Assembly: GCA_951406725.2 (NCBI GenBank)
Contig: OX597818.1
Location: 131,254,001 to 131,318,000 of the forward strand
DNA length: 64,000 nucleotides
Origin: Octopus vulgaris
Taxonomy: Eukaryota
Direction of reading: 5' to 3'
A model generated the notes under the pieces. That model had not been told where the DNA came from, did not search any database, and saw nothing but the letters and a program-made list of their open reading frames with translations. The position numbers and the translations under genes were made by a program. Shown one piece after another: positions 11,079 through 23,822 of the stretch. The first letter of the stretch is position 1, and every line of letters begins with the position of its first letter.

Positions 11079-12259
11079 TGTTTCTTTATTAGCCACACAG
11101 GGCTGCACACAGATAGAACAAATTACAAGGTAGAGCTTTTCTTTTGAAGGTTTAACAAAAAAAAAAAAAAAAAAAAAAAAAGGAAGGGGGAGTTTCGATC
11201 AAAAGGGATCGTAAAAGGAGAGAAAGAGGACAAAAAAAAGGGGGTTAAAAAAAAGGGGGAGAGGAAAAAAAAATTGATCAATAGGGATCGTTATCACAGA
11301 AATGTCAATATGAAGTGTAAAGGGGAGGACAGGTGAGGTTTACCCGTGGAAAGAAAAGCCTACGGAAAAGACCACGGTAACCTCGGTCAATGAAGTCACA
11401 TTTTATATTTCTTTTTTTTTTTTTTTTGCAAATAAGCAACTCTCTGTTTTCGATTTCTGGGTTCATAGGACTATGCTCAAGGTGGCTTCGTCATTCATAC
11501 GTGCCATTCTTGCTACATTCACCCATCTTTTTTAAAACATTCGCTAGACAAAACTTGCCTCTCTACTCTCACTTTCCTTTTCAAGTGGTACTTGAAGAAG
11601 TTGATGAGAGATTGACCAGAGAGGAAAGTGTTTGTCTCCAATCCTTTCAGACGCGTCCACCAGATACATTCTTTCGCCATAGCCACAAGGATGATGAAAA
11701 TAGCTCTTCCTTCCCGTTTGAAGGAAGGAGGCGTGACAATATTGACGATAGACTCAGCTGATAAACCGACTCGTCCCACACGTGACAGCAGTTGTTCGAC
11801 ATAAGCCCACAGGTCGGAAATTGTTGGACACTGAACGAGTGCGTGCAGAACGGTTTCGTCGCTCTGACCGCATCTCGGGCAGGTCGGCCCCGTGTTTCTC
11901 GAGCCGTGTCTGTAGAGCTTATCCCGAACGGGTAGCGCTTCTCGGTAGCACTGCCAGGCCAGGGATCTCTGGAAGTTGTCCATGGGCCCTGGCCCGAAAG
12001 TCGTCCTGAACAGGCGGGTCAGGTACTCCTCGTCGACGTCCAGGTTCGCCCCGAGCTCGTCGTCGTACCTCCCCTCCACTAAACCCCTATAGAATGCTTT
12101 GGTTGTGTTGAAGTCACTTAAGGTCGACCCAGGACGGCAGAGTTGCTTGAGAGCAACGCGACACTCGCGGTGCCATTCGCCCTTCCTCGGCCTCTTTTTG
12201 ATCCACGACTGCAGTTCGGTCATGGAGACGAGCTGCGGGAAAGCGTGCCTCACAAACGG
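11079..12259 (-). mobile_element. 5'-truncated L1/Tx1-type LINE (ORF2 C-terminus with zf-RVT zinc motif plus 3' UTR)
   Basis: LAWQCYREALPVRDKL...CPRCGQSDETVLHALVQCP...IWWTR; GC- and CpG-rich; T-rich 3' UTR ending ctaataaagaaac; TSD cgtgggtagata at 11067-11078 and 12260-12271; frameshift near the C-terminus. Confidence 0.92.
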
Positions 12260-12264
12260 CGTGG

Positions 12265-12279
12265 GTAGATAGATAGATG

Positions 12280-12338
<59 letters not shown>

Positions 12339-12439
12339 CGATGGATGGATATACGGACGGACAGATGAACGGACGGAAGGAAGGATAGATAGATAGATAG
12401 ATAGATATACAGATAAATAGATGGATGGATGGATGGATG

Positions 12440-12512
<73 letters not shown>

Positions 12513-12522
12513 ATAGTCAGAC

Positions 12523-12578
<56 letters not shown>

Positions 12579-12700
12579 GGATGGATGGATGGATGGATGG
12601 ATGGATATACGGACGGACGGACGGACGGACGGAAGGAAGGAAGGAAGGAAGGAAGGAAGGAAGGAAGGAAGGAAGGAAGGAAGACAGACAGATAGACAAA
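12265..12700. repeat. Compound (GATA)/(GGAT)/(GGAC)/(GGAA) tetranucleotide microsatellite
   Basis: Direct reading. Confidence 0.97.
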
Positions 12701-13461
12701 TAAGGAGAGTGGAGAGACAGATGAACAAAATGCCTTGCAATCTTTTGTTCCATCTCTAAATTCTGAGTTCAAATTCCTGCCAAATTTGATTTACATTTTC
12801 ATCTTCCCAGGAAAGATTAAAATCAATACCTGTTATTTTCTGAAATTACATTAGAATTCCTTATTGCAATATTATAAATCCTTATTGTTTTTATTATATT
12901 TATCATTGTGCTTCTCACAGTTTCTAAAAGCTGGTTTGACTTTGCTTTTCGAAGTCCCTCAATTCTGACAGAAAACCTTTCACAGGATATAAGCAGTGCC
13001 TAATAAAGGCAGGTTTTTTTTTGTTTTTGTTTTTGCTTTTGTTAAATGCCATATTGCATTTCAAGTTGGTCAAGGAATTGTAGCCGTTTTTAGGATGAAC
13101 CCCACTGCTCCTACCATTACAGGAATAGCTTTAGCAATGGTGTATCACATTCTTTTTAGTTCCACCCTTAACTTTGCACAGTTGGTAGGTAATCTTTTCA
13201 GTTTCTTTAGCTGCTACATTATGGTCACCTTGGACTGCTGTATCAAAAAGGAAAGTTTTGTGGGACTCTTCAGCCCCCAATATAATGTCCAGTCAATTAC
13301 GCTTGATCACTCTGCCTGTTTGTACATTGAAACCCCACAAAATTTTAGCAATGTTGTTCTCCATGAATTCCCTCTGTTTTGTGTTCATACCATTTCCCAT
13401 GTACTTCTGATTTATAGAACTCAGTGAATATACTGACTCACTTAGTCATTGTATGCTTTGT

Positions 13462-13849
13462 GGTGGAAGCACTCCATCGGTTACGACGACGAGGGTTCCG
13501 GTTGATCCGAATCAACAGAACAGCCTGCTCGTGAAATTAACGCGTAAGTGACTGAGCACTCTACAGACACGTGTACCCCTTAACGTAGTTCTCGGGGATA
13601 TTCAGCGTGACACAGAGAGTGACAAGGCCGGCCCTTTGAAATACAGGTACAACAGAAACAGGAAGTAAGAGTGAGAGAAAGTTGTGGTGAAAGAGTACAG
13701 CAGGGATCACCGCCATCCCCTGCCGGAGCCTCGTGGAGCTTTAGGTGTTTTCGCTCAATAAACACACACAACGCCTGGTCTGAGAATCGAAACCGCGATC
13801 CTATGACCGCGAATCCGCTGCCCTAACCACTGGGCCATTGCGCCTCCAC
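13462..13849 (-). mobile_element. SINE family C
   Basis: Reverse complement of the 2702 copy; TSD tgtatgctttgt at 13450-13461 and 13852-13863. Confidence 0.95.
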
Positions 13850-14644
13850 TATGTATGCTTTGTATTCCATGTTGTGTAAGCATTTCCCTAACAATGTGTG
13901 TCACATTCCCTAATCTTTCCTACACAAGCAGCTCTTAGCAATCTTGTAGACAGGGATCATCAAGGACTTGATCCTGAGATGCAATACAAAGAATTTCCAG
14001 TTCCCTCTGTGGTTCATTTTCCCTTAACCATGTCCATCAATCATCAGTCTTCACAGTTTTAGTATTCTTTTCATTTTTAGTTTCCTTTGACCAACAACTC
14101 TCTCTCTCTCTCTCTCTCCCTTTCTCTACTTAATCTTTATATGAATCATTGGCTTCGATTTCTTCCTCCTTCAAGTTGACTGACTCAGCAACATATTGTA
14201 GCAAAACCTCATTGCTATTTACAAGATAAGAATCCAGCTTTTCTCTCTCTCTCTCTCTCTCTACAGCAACACCTTCCAATCAAGCCCTTGATGCTGTCCA
14301 TGTACAGGTGTATCACATTTGCTTTCAGGCAGAGAAATTTGAATTTGTACAACAATTTCTATGTACAGTGGTCCATTTCATCAATTTCTTCTGGTGTCCA
14401 GTCAAGTATGACTGTACTGCAAACAACAGCCCAGGTGTTTATAGCACACACAAATTTATGGGAACTCACCTGAATCTTCAAACCTTACCCAATCTATAAA
14501 TGTAGATCTTTTCAGCTCACTCTTTTGTCTCTCTAGACATTATATCATCAAACTCCAGTACTCTTAGATACCTATATCCTGCTTCCTTAAGCTCAGCAAT
14601 TCTTTCTCCATTGGGTAATTCTATCCCATTTGCTATTCTCCAAT

Positions 14645-14731
14645 TTTCCCCTTACCTTGTGACAGTAGCACATTTCCCCTTACCTTGTGACAGTAGCACA
14701 TTTCCCCTTACCTTGTGACAGTAGCACATTT
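14645..14731. repeat. 3 x 28-bp perfect tandem repeat
   Basis: tttccccttaccttgtgacagtagcaca three times. Confidence 0.97.
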
Positions 14732-15287
14732 TGTGATAACCATCACCATCACCATCTGTATGTCTGTACTCACTACAAGAAAAGTTTGCACCAAGAATTG
14801 ATCACATTTTTATTTTCAAAATAGTTTAAGTTCATCTCTAAAGAGCAGTATCATTTTCCCAAGTGGTAATCTGCTCCTATCATCTAAAGCATTCTGTTCA
14901 GAGGAATCAGGAACAGTGACAAAGAGCAAGGGAGAAAACAAGTCACCTTGAAAGATGTCAAATTTGATGTCAAAACTGCCAAGTTCTCAACCATTGGAAA
15001 ACAATGCAGTTCTCTAGTTTTTCATGCTTTCACTCATTAGTTTTTGTACATTCTCAGCAAACTTAAACATGTTCAGGGACTCCAAAATCCAGGAGTATGG
15101 TACCATACCATATATTTTTTGAAATCAACCCAGGCCATCAGCAAATTTGTCTTTCATTTTCCTGCAGTTCCTCAGAGACATTTTGTCAACTGTCAGGAGA
15201 TCTTTTGTGCCCTGTGACCATTTTCTTCAGCCTTTCTGTTGGACAGGCAGTAAGTCATTCATTTCTAGGTGTATGTACATATTTTTA

Positions 15288-15553
15288 ACATGCCTGGCCC
15301 CCGTGCCGGTGGCATGTACAAAGTACCATCCGACCGTGGCCGTTTGCCAACCCCGTCTGGCAGCTGTGCCGGTGGCACGTAAAAAGCACCCACTACACTC
15401 ACGGAGTGGTTGGCATTAGGAAGGGCATCCAGCCGTAGAAACATTGCCAGATCAGACTGGGCCTGGTGCAGCCTTCTGGCTTCCCAGACCCCAGTTGAAC
15501 GGTCCAACCCATGCTAGCATGGAAAGCAGACGCTAAATGATGATGATGATGAT
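15288..15553 (+). mobile_element. RTE LINE 3' UTR fragment (family E) with (GAT)n tail
   Basis: Matches the 3' UTR attached to the RTE ORF end at 28519-29395: ggtggcacgtaaaaagcaccc...ggaagggcatccagc...catgctagcatgg. Confidence 0.88.
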
Positions 15554-15819
15554 TCCTGTTAGAATTTTCCATATTAGTTAAAACATGTAATAAAATAGTA
15601 ATTAATGGCCACAGGTTCCTTGCTTATGTCTTTCATGATAAGAGGCATTTGTCCACCAATTATCCTACCAGGTACCTCACTATCAAAAGTGCATTGGTCC
15701 TGGTGAAAACACAACTTTCCTTGTATGCCCTTGAATTCTTTCACCCGGAAGCCTTGGATTCCATCAGGCCCTGGTGTGCTTCAATTCAGTGGCCCTTAAA
15801 CCTGATTTTTCACCTCCTC

Positions 15820-16211
15820 TTTCAGTCATCTGACTGTGACCATGTTGGTTCACAACCTCAAAGGGCTTAAGTCAAAACAATTGACCCTAGAATTCATTTT
15901 TTAAAGCCTAGTGCTTATTCAATCAGCCTTTATTGCCAAATAGCTAAGTTACAGGGATGTAAACACACCAACACCAGTTGTGAAGTGGTGGTGGCGGGGG
16001 GGGGGGACAAAGAAACACACACACACTCACACACATATATATATATATGACAGGCTTCTTTCAGTTTCTGTCTTCCAAATCCACTCACAAGGCTTTGGTC
16101 AGCCTGAGGCTATAGTAGAAAAAAACTTGCCGAAGGTACCACACAGTGGAACTGAATCCAAAACCATGTGGCTGAGAAGCAAGCTTTTTACCACACAGCC
16201 ATGCCTGCACC
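15820..16211 (-). mobile_element. SINE family A, diverged
   Basis: Reverse-complement homology to family A. Confidence 0.9.
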
Positions 16212-16244
16212 TAATGCTTACAATGTTAAACTATAATTTTTTGA

Positions 16245-16641
16245 AGTGGCTGTGTGGTAAGTAGCTTGCTTACCAACCACATGGTTCTGGGTTCATTCCC
16301 ACTGAGTGGCATCTTGGGCAAGTGTCTTCTACTATAGCTTCGGGCCGACCAAAGCCTTGTGAGTGGATTTGGTAGACAGAAATTGAAAGAAGCCCATCGT
16401 ATATATGTATGTGTATGTGTGTGTGTATGTGTTTGTGTGTCTGTGTTTGTCCCCCAACATCGCTTGATAATCAATGCTGGTGTGTTTATATCCCCGTAAC
16501 TTAGCGGTTCGGCAAAACAGACCAATAGAATAAGTACTAGGCTTACAAAAGAATAAGTCCTGGGGTCAATTTGTTTGACTAAAGGTGGTGCTCCAGCATG
16601 GCCACAGTCAAATGACTGAAACAAGTAAAAGAGTAAAGAGT
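16245..16641 (+). mobile_element. SINE family A
   Basis: Full head-to-tail homology; head-to-head with the preceding copy. Confidence 0.94.
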
Positions 16642-16823
16642 AATTGAGCTACTGCAAAGGAAGTGTCTTGGCCTGAACCTGGAATAGCGAAATGAAAACT
16701 ATCAACTTGTCAAATAGTATGCAGGCACTCAGTCTGTTACATCCATCCATCATGAGTAATCTAGAATAGTTAGAAATTTCAATTTCAAGCTGGAGAAATA
16801 GCTATAACATATTTTATAGTGAA

Positions 16824-17223
16824 CTAGCAGTATCGCCCGGCGTTGCTCGGGTTTGTAAGGGAAATAACTATATAAGCATTTTTAGAGATGTAAAGTATAA
16901 TAGCCATCTCAATATGGCTAACCACAAAGAGGGGGGGGTGTTACTGTAGCTTTTTACGTTCTGAGATTTAATAATAAATTTTTAGAGAGTTACTTCCCTT
17001 ATATATGCCAAAAATGCATTAAAAATGGGAAAAATTGATGGTAAATTTTTTTTTAAAATCGTAGACTCATCGTAGACGCACGCTAATACCCAGAAAGGCT
17101 CGATATGAATCACGACTATAAGATACCCGGTTTTGGTTAAACTGCACCGCAAAATGTGGGAGTAGTTAGGAATCTAAATCGTAGGAGACAGACAGCACAC
17201 AACCTCACTTTTATATATAAAGA
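16824..17223 (-). mobile_element. Non-autonomous Helitron, 400 bp
   Basis: On the minus strand: A|TC start, subterminal hairpin cccgagcaacgccggg, CTAG|T end, no TSD. Confidence 0.88.
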
Positions 17224-17785
17224 TATCATGTTCAGTTTTTCACAAGCTTCTACTAATTTTAATAAATTTGTTTAAGAGTTGTATGCTCAGCCTAATGTAA
17301 GAAGGTTCCACTGTATATATATTTAGTCTTAATTATAGCCTTTAGTAGGTAACAGTCTTTTAGTGATGAGGGTCATTGGCAAATTTAATTTGAATTTTTA
17401 TAACCTGGCTGAACTTATATTTTTAACCAATCAGATTCATATATTCAATACTACTGCAGAACTGACTAATAAAACAACATGAACTTTACTGAGATAGGCC
17501 TATTGTCATCTGTATAAAATGTAAACATTAAACTCAAGATGTTAAAGGTTAAGAAATTATCATCTCAAGTACCTTAAGAGTAATGTATAGCTAATTACTT
17601 CCTGCTGTGTGAACATTTACCTTAATTAAACTTAGAATTTATAAAAATCTGTTTATTATAGAATAACATATATGACTTTAAAAAAAAATTGATAATGAAA
17701 TATTTCCAGGGCCCCATGGTCCAACATAAACATAATGGGAGTGTGGGAGTGCTTTCAATAGACTTATCATAACAAAATAAAGACC

Positions 17786-18560
17786 AGTGCATTCTTGTTG
17801 AAATACAATGCTGACCAGTTTACTGAAACCATAGTGAAGGGTTGACCAGCTCCACACTACATTCTTGCCTCGCAGAATTACTGACTAATGGCAACACTAT
17901 CACCACATTCTTGTCGTATCAAAACAATGATGATCAGCTTACTGCAGCCAACAACACCAACAGCATCAATTCAAAACTGACTGACACATACTTGCCACAA
18001 AGCAATACTGACCACCACACCAACACCACATTCTTTTCACAATGAAAGGCTGACCAGCATACTCCAGCCAGTCACACCATGATGTTGACCAGCACCACAT
18101 TCTTGCTATAAAGCTAGGCTGACCAGCAGCATATTCAAGCCAGCCAGCCAGTTACACTATCATATACTGACCGACACATTCTTATTTCAGTGCAAAACTG
18201 ACCATCATACTCCAGCCAGTCAGGCCAGCTAGGCCAGCCAGATAGCCACACCATAATGCAGACTGACACATTCTTGCCTCAATGCAAAAACTGACCATCA
18301 TACTCCAGCCAGTCAGTCACACTATGATGCCAACTGACATTTTCTTGCCTCAATGAAAAGCTGTCCAGCATGCTTCAGCCAGCCACACCATAATTTTGAC
18401 CAACACATTCTTGCTGCAATACAAGGCTGACCAGCTACTCTACTCTACTCTAACCAGCCACACTAGAATGTCACCTGCCACATTCTTGCCACAAAGCAAG
18501 GCTGACCACTGCCTCAACACCACATTCTTGTCACAGCATAATGATGACCACTGCAGTCCA
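17786..18560. repeat. Degenerate variable-length minisatellite, 12 cores of cacattcttgc-N-aa-N-ctgacca
   Basis: Cores near 17790, 17860, 17906, 17987, 18029, 18098, 18177, 18269, 18340, 18406, 18481 and 18523. Confidence 0.85.
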
Positions 18561-18965
18561 GCCACAGCACACAAATATTGACCAAAACAGCCAGGTCACA
18601 GTATTATGGTGATGCCATCCACAAAGAATCACTTAGACACACATAAGCAAACATAACATATATGTGTGTGTGTTTGTGTATACATGTAAAGACATACACA
18701 TTACTCAGTGACACACACATACACAAACACACACACACACATGCACACAAAAGGGTGCATATTCACATGCACAATTGCTACTTATCAAACACTAGTCTCT
18801 AAATGTGTATGTTTGTGCAAGTTTTTCTCAGCATGTACACAGACATATGCATACATACACACACAAAAATGCATACATATACAAACATACATAGATATTA
18901 CAAATACATACATACATACAAACATACATAGATATTATACATACATACATACATACATACATACA

Positions 18966-19001
<36 letters not shown>

Positions 19002-19120
19002 CACTTTGTTATGTATTTCAGCCCTAAGGCTGTGGCCATGGTAGGGCACCACCAATGTATATTAGATTATATACATATATATATATTTGTACTAAATATG
19101 TATATTTATACATACAAATG

Positions 19121-19151
<31 letters not shown>

Positions 19152-19799
19152 ATACATATATATATATATACACTTAAGTATGTATGTGTATATACATATG
19201 CAGAGATTTATAAGTCTATGTGTGTGTAGGTATATACACATACATAGACAATTGCTACTTCACAAGTCTGGCAGCAGTGGAAACCAAACACCCAATCGCC
19301 TCTCAATCACCCCCATACACACACATACATCCAAATAAACCACCCACCCCACCAGATATCCCTCCCCCCCACACACATACACATCTACACATTATAGCAA
19401 CTGGACAACAATGACCACCACTATATTAACAGAAATGAGATAAAGCAGAAATGAAGATTACATCAGGATGTATGTCTGTATATATGTATATATGTGTGTT
19501 TGTGGTCTGTATGTGTGTGGGCGCGTGCGTGCATATTGTATGTACGTGTGAGCATGTGGGTTGGTGGGTGTAGATATTATAGAAAGTTGGGTGGCAGGGA
19601 GGCACAACAGTCACTATGTCAGGCATTTTACACTAACCATATTCTCTGCTACTTGGTCATTCCAGATGGACAGGCTGTATGTACACTAGCCGGCCCCAAC
19701 CCACCCACCCACCAATCTGCAAGACCAACGCTGCCACCATTCCCACCAACGCCACTGTCACTACTATCACTGCTATTAAACTATCCCTACCCCCACTAC

Positions 19800-19853
19800 C
19801 TATTATCATTATCATCATCATCATCATCATCATTATTATCATCATCATTATTA

Positions 19854-19900
<47 letters not shown>

Positions 19901-19915
19901 GTTATTGTTATTATA
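19800..19915. repeat. (ATC)n/(ATT)n microsatellite
   Basis: Direct reading. Confidence 0.95.
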
Positions 19916-20354
19916 AGCATTACTTTATGAAACATAATCTGTACAACTAACAGCATAAACAACGACCATAGCAGCAGAGAGCAAGCCTCAGAGGAAATCC
20001 CTATGTGGTTGCTTGAGCTGGTAGACATAGCAGCCAAGTCTCCCATAAAATGTATTTCAACATCTTAAAAAAATGAAGAGAAAACACAGTGGATTGTATA
20101 ATCCTATTCTAGATAGTTCTTGAAAGATAGGACAGTTAAAACTGTTCTAACTTAGATCATAGGCTTGCTCAATCAGAGGTGGCAGATATGGTAGCTAAAT
20201 AACCCTCAGATTATATAACACACTATCATATTTCAAAAGATATACACATGTTAGATAATTCATCTTGGGTTTATTACACATAGCAAAAATACAGGATGGT
20301 CATGGTTGGAATGCCTTTGATCATAGATATACTCAATAAGGGATAGCCTAGAGC

Positions 20355-20605
20355 TAAAGAACAACAACAACAACAACAGCAGGAAACTTCTGTAAATAAA
20401 TTGCGTCACTACCACCACTGCCACCACCACAACCACCACCATCACCAACACCACTACAACTTCCACCACCAACAACAACAACACCACTACCACCAGCACC
20501 ACCACACATCAACACCACAAACATCACCACCACTACCACTGCTACAACCTCCAGCACCACCACTACCACACCACTGCCTTTGCCACTACCACCGCCCCAG
20601 CCACC
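20355..20605. repeat. (AAC)/(ACC) low-complexity tract
   Basis: Direct reading. Confidence 0.9.
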
Positions 20606-20807
20606 AAAATCAAGCAGTGCCTTTACTGACATCTCAAAAATAATTTTCACTAAATTTACTCCTGAAATATGCAAATTTTCTTTGAGCACATTACCCATAT
20701 GTATGCAATTGTACACATGTATATCATATATATATATATACATACACACACATATAAACATATCTATACCTGCAAATATATTTACATATATATGTGTATG
20801 CGTGTGA

Positions 20808-20865
<58 letters not shown>

Positions 20866-21537
20866 ACTCAAATGTGCTCATACGCACAGTCTCATACATG
20901 CACACATACATACACGTGTTCACAACATCATTTCCCTGTTATTCTTATGCCAAAATACACCAAAACCCTACCCCATCCCTAAAAAAAACTCCCCCAAAAT
21001 CCAACAAACTATTGTAATGCCAAAGAATCACCAAACTGTTCTAAGGTGAAAATTACCCGCTCTTCAAATTGTTTACAATTAAATTAGGTTATATGCTGCA
21101 ATTCACCTACAAGAAAGACCCTAAAATATATTATTCAATTTCATGCTTGCATATACACCCCTAAAAATGAAAAATAGTAATGAATACATACATATATATA
21201 TATATGTGTGTATATATTAATATTTAGTCTTTCCTTAAATAAACAAAAGAACAAAATGTAAAGAAATATTTGCATGAAAATAGACCGTAACAATGATGGA
21301 CTGATTGAAAAACTTCAGTAAACCTTTAAATAGTCAAATTTCTGAAAGGATCGCCTGCATTCTCTATTTCAATATTTTGACATACAGGTATATGTACATT
21401 AATAGATATGTGTGTGTGTTTATACACATGCACACACATGTACACACACACACCACACAAATATATATATATATTTATACATACATACATACACATATAT
21501 ATGTATATATGTAAATGTATACAAACATATGAGGGAA

Positions 21538-21575
<38 letters not shown>

Positions 21576-21768
21576 GTGGGTGTGTATATATATATATATG
21601 GTTTCCTCATGTTAAAGGCATATTATATAACATACATGCATACATACATACATACATACATACATACACACATACATACATACATACATACATACATACA
21701 TACATACATACATACATACATACACATATATATGTATATATGTAAATGTATACAAACATGAGGGAACA

Positions 21769-21802
<34 letters not shown>

Positions 21803-21892
21803 ATATACACACACACATATATATACATACACACACATACATGTTAAGTATATATATATATATATATATATACATACATATGTGGGTGTGAA

Positions 21893-21927
<35 letters not shown>

Positions 21928-22712
21928 GGTTTCCTCATGTTAAATGCATATTATATAACAAGAACATGCATATATAAAACATTATTTACAAATATGTACA
22001 AATGTGTGCACGTGTGTGTGTGTGTAGATGTATGTAGCTTTGTAGTTTTCCATTTATTAATTGTGTATTATATAACAAGTCCATGCATATGCAACCTTTA
22101 AAAATACATACATATATATATATATAAATGTGTGTATGTGTGTGTACACATATGTATGCATGTAAGTGTGTACATAAACACGCACAGTTGCATAAACAGT
22201 AAAAGAAAAGTGAACCTGATGAAAAAAAATTCCTGTTAACATATGTGGTTGTATAAATATTGTCGCTGGAAATATCACAATAAATTAAGGGCTGAAAAGA
22301 GTAGGCATTGCTAGCACAAACAATAGCATCGTCATCATCGTCATCACCATCATCATCATCATCATAATCACCACCACCACCATCAACGTCACTATCATCT
22401 TTATCATCATCATTATCATAATCAACATCATCACTCTAACAACAACAACAGCAGCTGCAATAGCAAAATGAAAACAAAAACAAAAACAAACGACCCACCA
22501 TCACCACCACCACCACCAACAACAACAACAACTCCCTACAAAATGTAACTTTGCAAATAGTAACAACAACAACAACAACGATGATGATGATGATTTCTTT
22601 TATTTGCCACCAGGGCACAACATGGGGGACATAAATCCAAAAATGCAAAGAAAGTATGAGGATTTATAATGGAGAATTGAATGAAGATAAGAAAACTGAA
22701 ATACAAGTATGC

Positions 22713-23031
22713 ATCACGTGATCACGTGACCGACCAGTCCATCAGATGTAGTTACACATCACTGGTCACAATGCGTTCGCATTGTTTTAGCTTTCGAATG
22801 ATGCGACCCCGCTGGCTAAGCGAGCAGGCCAACAGAAGAAAGAGTGGGAGAAAGAGTGGGAGAAAGAGTGGTGAGAGAGTACAGCAGGGATCACCACCCC
22901 CTGCCAGGGCCTCGTGGAGCTTTTAGGTGTTTTCGCTCAATAAACACTCACAACGCCCGGTCTGGGAATCGAAACCGCGATCCTAAGACCGCGAGTCCGC
23001 TGCCTTAACCACTGGGCCATTGCGCCTCCAC
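22713..23031 (-). mobile_element. SINE with family C head and a different 3' body, (CACGTGAT)n tail
   Basis: Head matches family C up to ctttctcccactc, then unrelated; TSD acaagtat at 22703-22710 and 23032-23039. Confidence 0.9.
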
Positions 23032-23062
23032 ACAAGTATACATAGAAGAACTAAATTGACAC

Positions 23063-23373
23063 TCTGTTGGTAATGATGACAAGAGTTCCACTCAACGGAA
23101 CAACCTGCTCATGAAATTAACGTGCCAGTGGCTGAGTGCTCCAGAGATCTGCAAACCCTTAACGTAGTTCTCAGGGAGATTCAGTGTGGCACAGAATGTG
23201 ACAAGGCTCTGGCCCTTTGAAATACAGATAGTATTCAATTTTGCCAGCTGAATGAATTGGAGCCATGTGGAATAAAGTATCTTGCTCAAGGACAAAACAC
23301 ACTGCCAGGAATCAAACGATGTGACCTTATGATTGTGAACCAAATAACCTATCCACTAAGCCATGTGCCTTCA
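23063..23373 (-). mobile_element. Older SINE with a CORE-like 5' part and the family C 3' body
   Basis: tccttgagcaagatactttatt on the minus strand joined to the ccttgtcac...gcaggttgttccgttga body. Confidence 0.8.
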
Positions 23374-23473
23374 CTTCATAGTATACAAATAACGAATGAT
23401 ACAGGGAGATTTCTATCTAGAGCAGATTAAGAAACCTTCACAAATCCAAGGTCACCTGGAAAACCAAGAAAAA

Positions 23474-23716
23474 TGAGTTCAACTCCAACCAAGGACAACT
23501 CTACTTGTCATTCTTTTGGGATTTTTAAGATAATATACCTGTCAAGTACTGGGGTCGATACAATTGATTTGCTTCCTTAAAATGACAGGTTTTGTGTCAA
23601 ATGACAGAATTATTATTTTTGAGCTGACAGAATTTTTAGCATGCTGGGATAGATACTCAGTGGCATTTTGTCCATTTTTATGCTCTGAATTCAAATTCTA
23701 CCAAGGTCTACTTTGC
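23474..23716 (+). repeat. Inverted duplicate of 25128-25367 (junction of two old SINE B copies)
   Basis: Highly similar to the reverse complement of 25128-25367, including the inter-element junction; flanked by accaagaaaaa at 23463-23473 and 23723-23733. Confidence 0.9.
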
Positions 23717-23822
23717 AAGGTGACCAAGAAAAAATACCTTCTCTAACAGTCACTCTCTGAACTTCAAGCTTCTTCCTAAAGCATTCTTACCCACTCTTGT
23801 CATTTTGACCACTTTAACAAAT

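Larger units (their letters stand above)
12880..15815 (-). mobile_element. Decayed R4/Dong-type non-LTR retrotransposon (RT plus restriction-like endonuclease), interrupted by SINE C and an RTE tail
   Basis: Minus-strand motifs in the expected order: TPGPDGI (about 15770), MAWVDFKKIYGMVPYSWILES (about 15080-15140), IFQGDLFSPLLFV (about 14920-14955), LLFRDEL, WLRE...IASQDQVL (about 13970-14035), KILWGFNVQTGRVI..LDIIL (about 13280-13345), ALLGTAYIL (about 12990); many stops and frameshifts. Confidence 0.85.

Noticed and set aside
11519-12772. 417-aa ORF as a full gene
   Set aside because: The N-terminal 170 or so residues are read through a microsatellite; only the C-terminal part is truncated LINE ORF2.
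17786-18560. CRISPR array or C2H2 zinc-finger array
   Set aside because: Eukaryotic context with no cas genes, degenerate repeats and mutually related spacers; the period is not 84 bp and no frame stays open.
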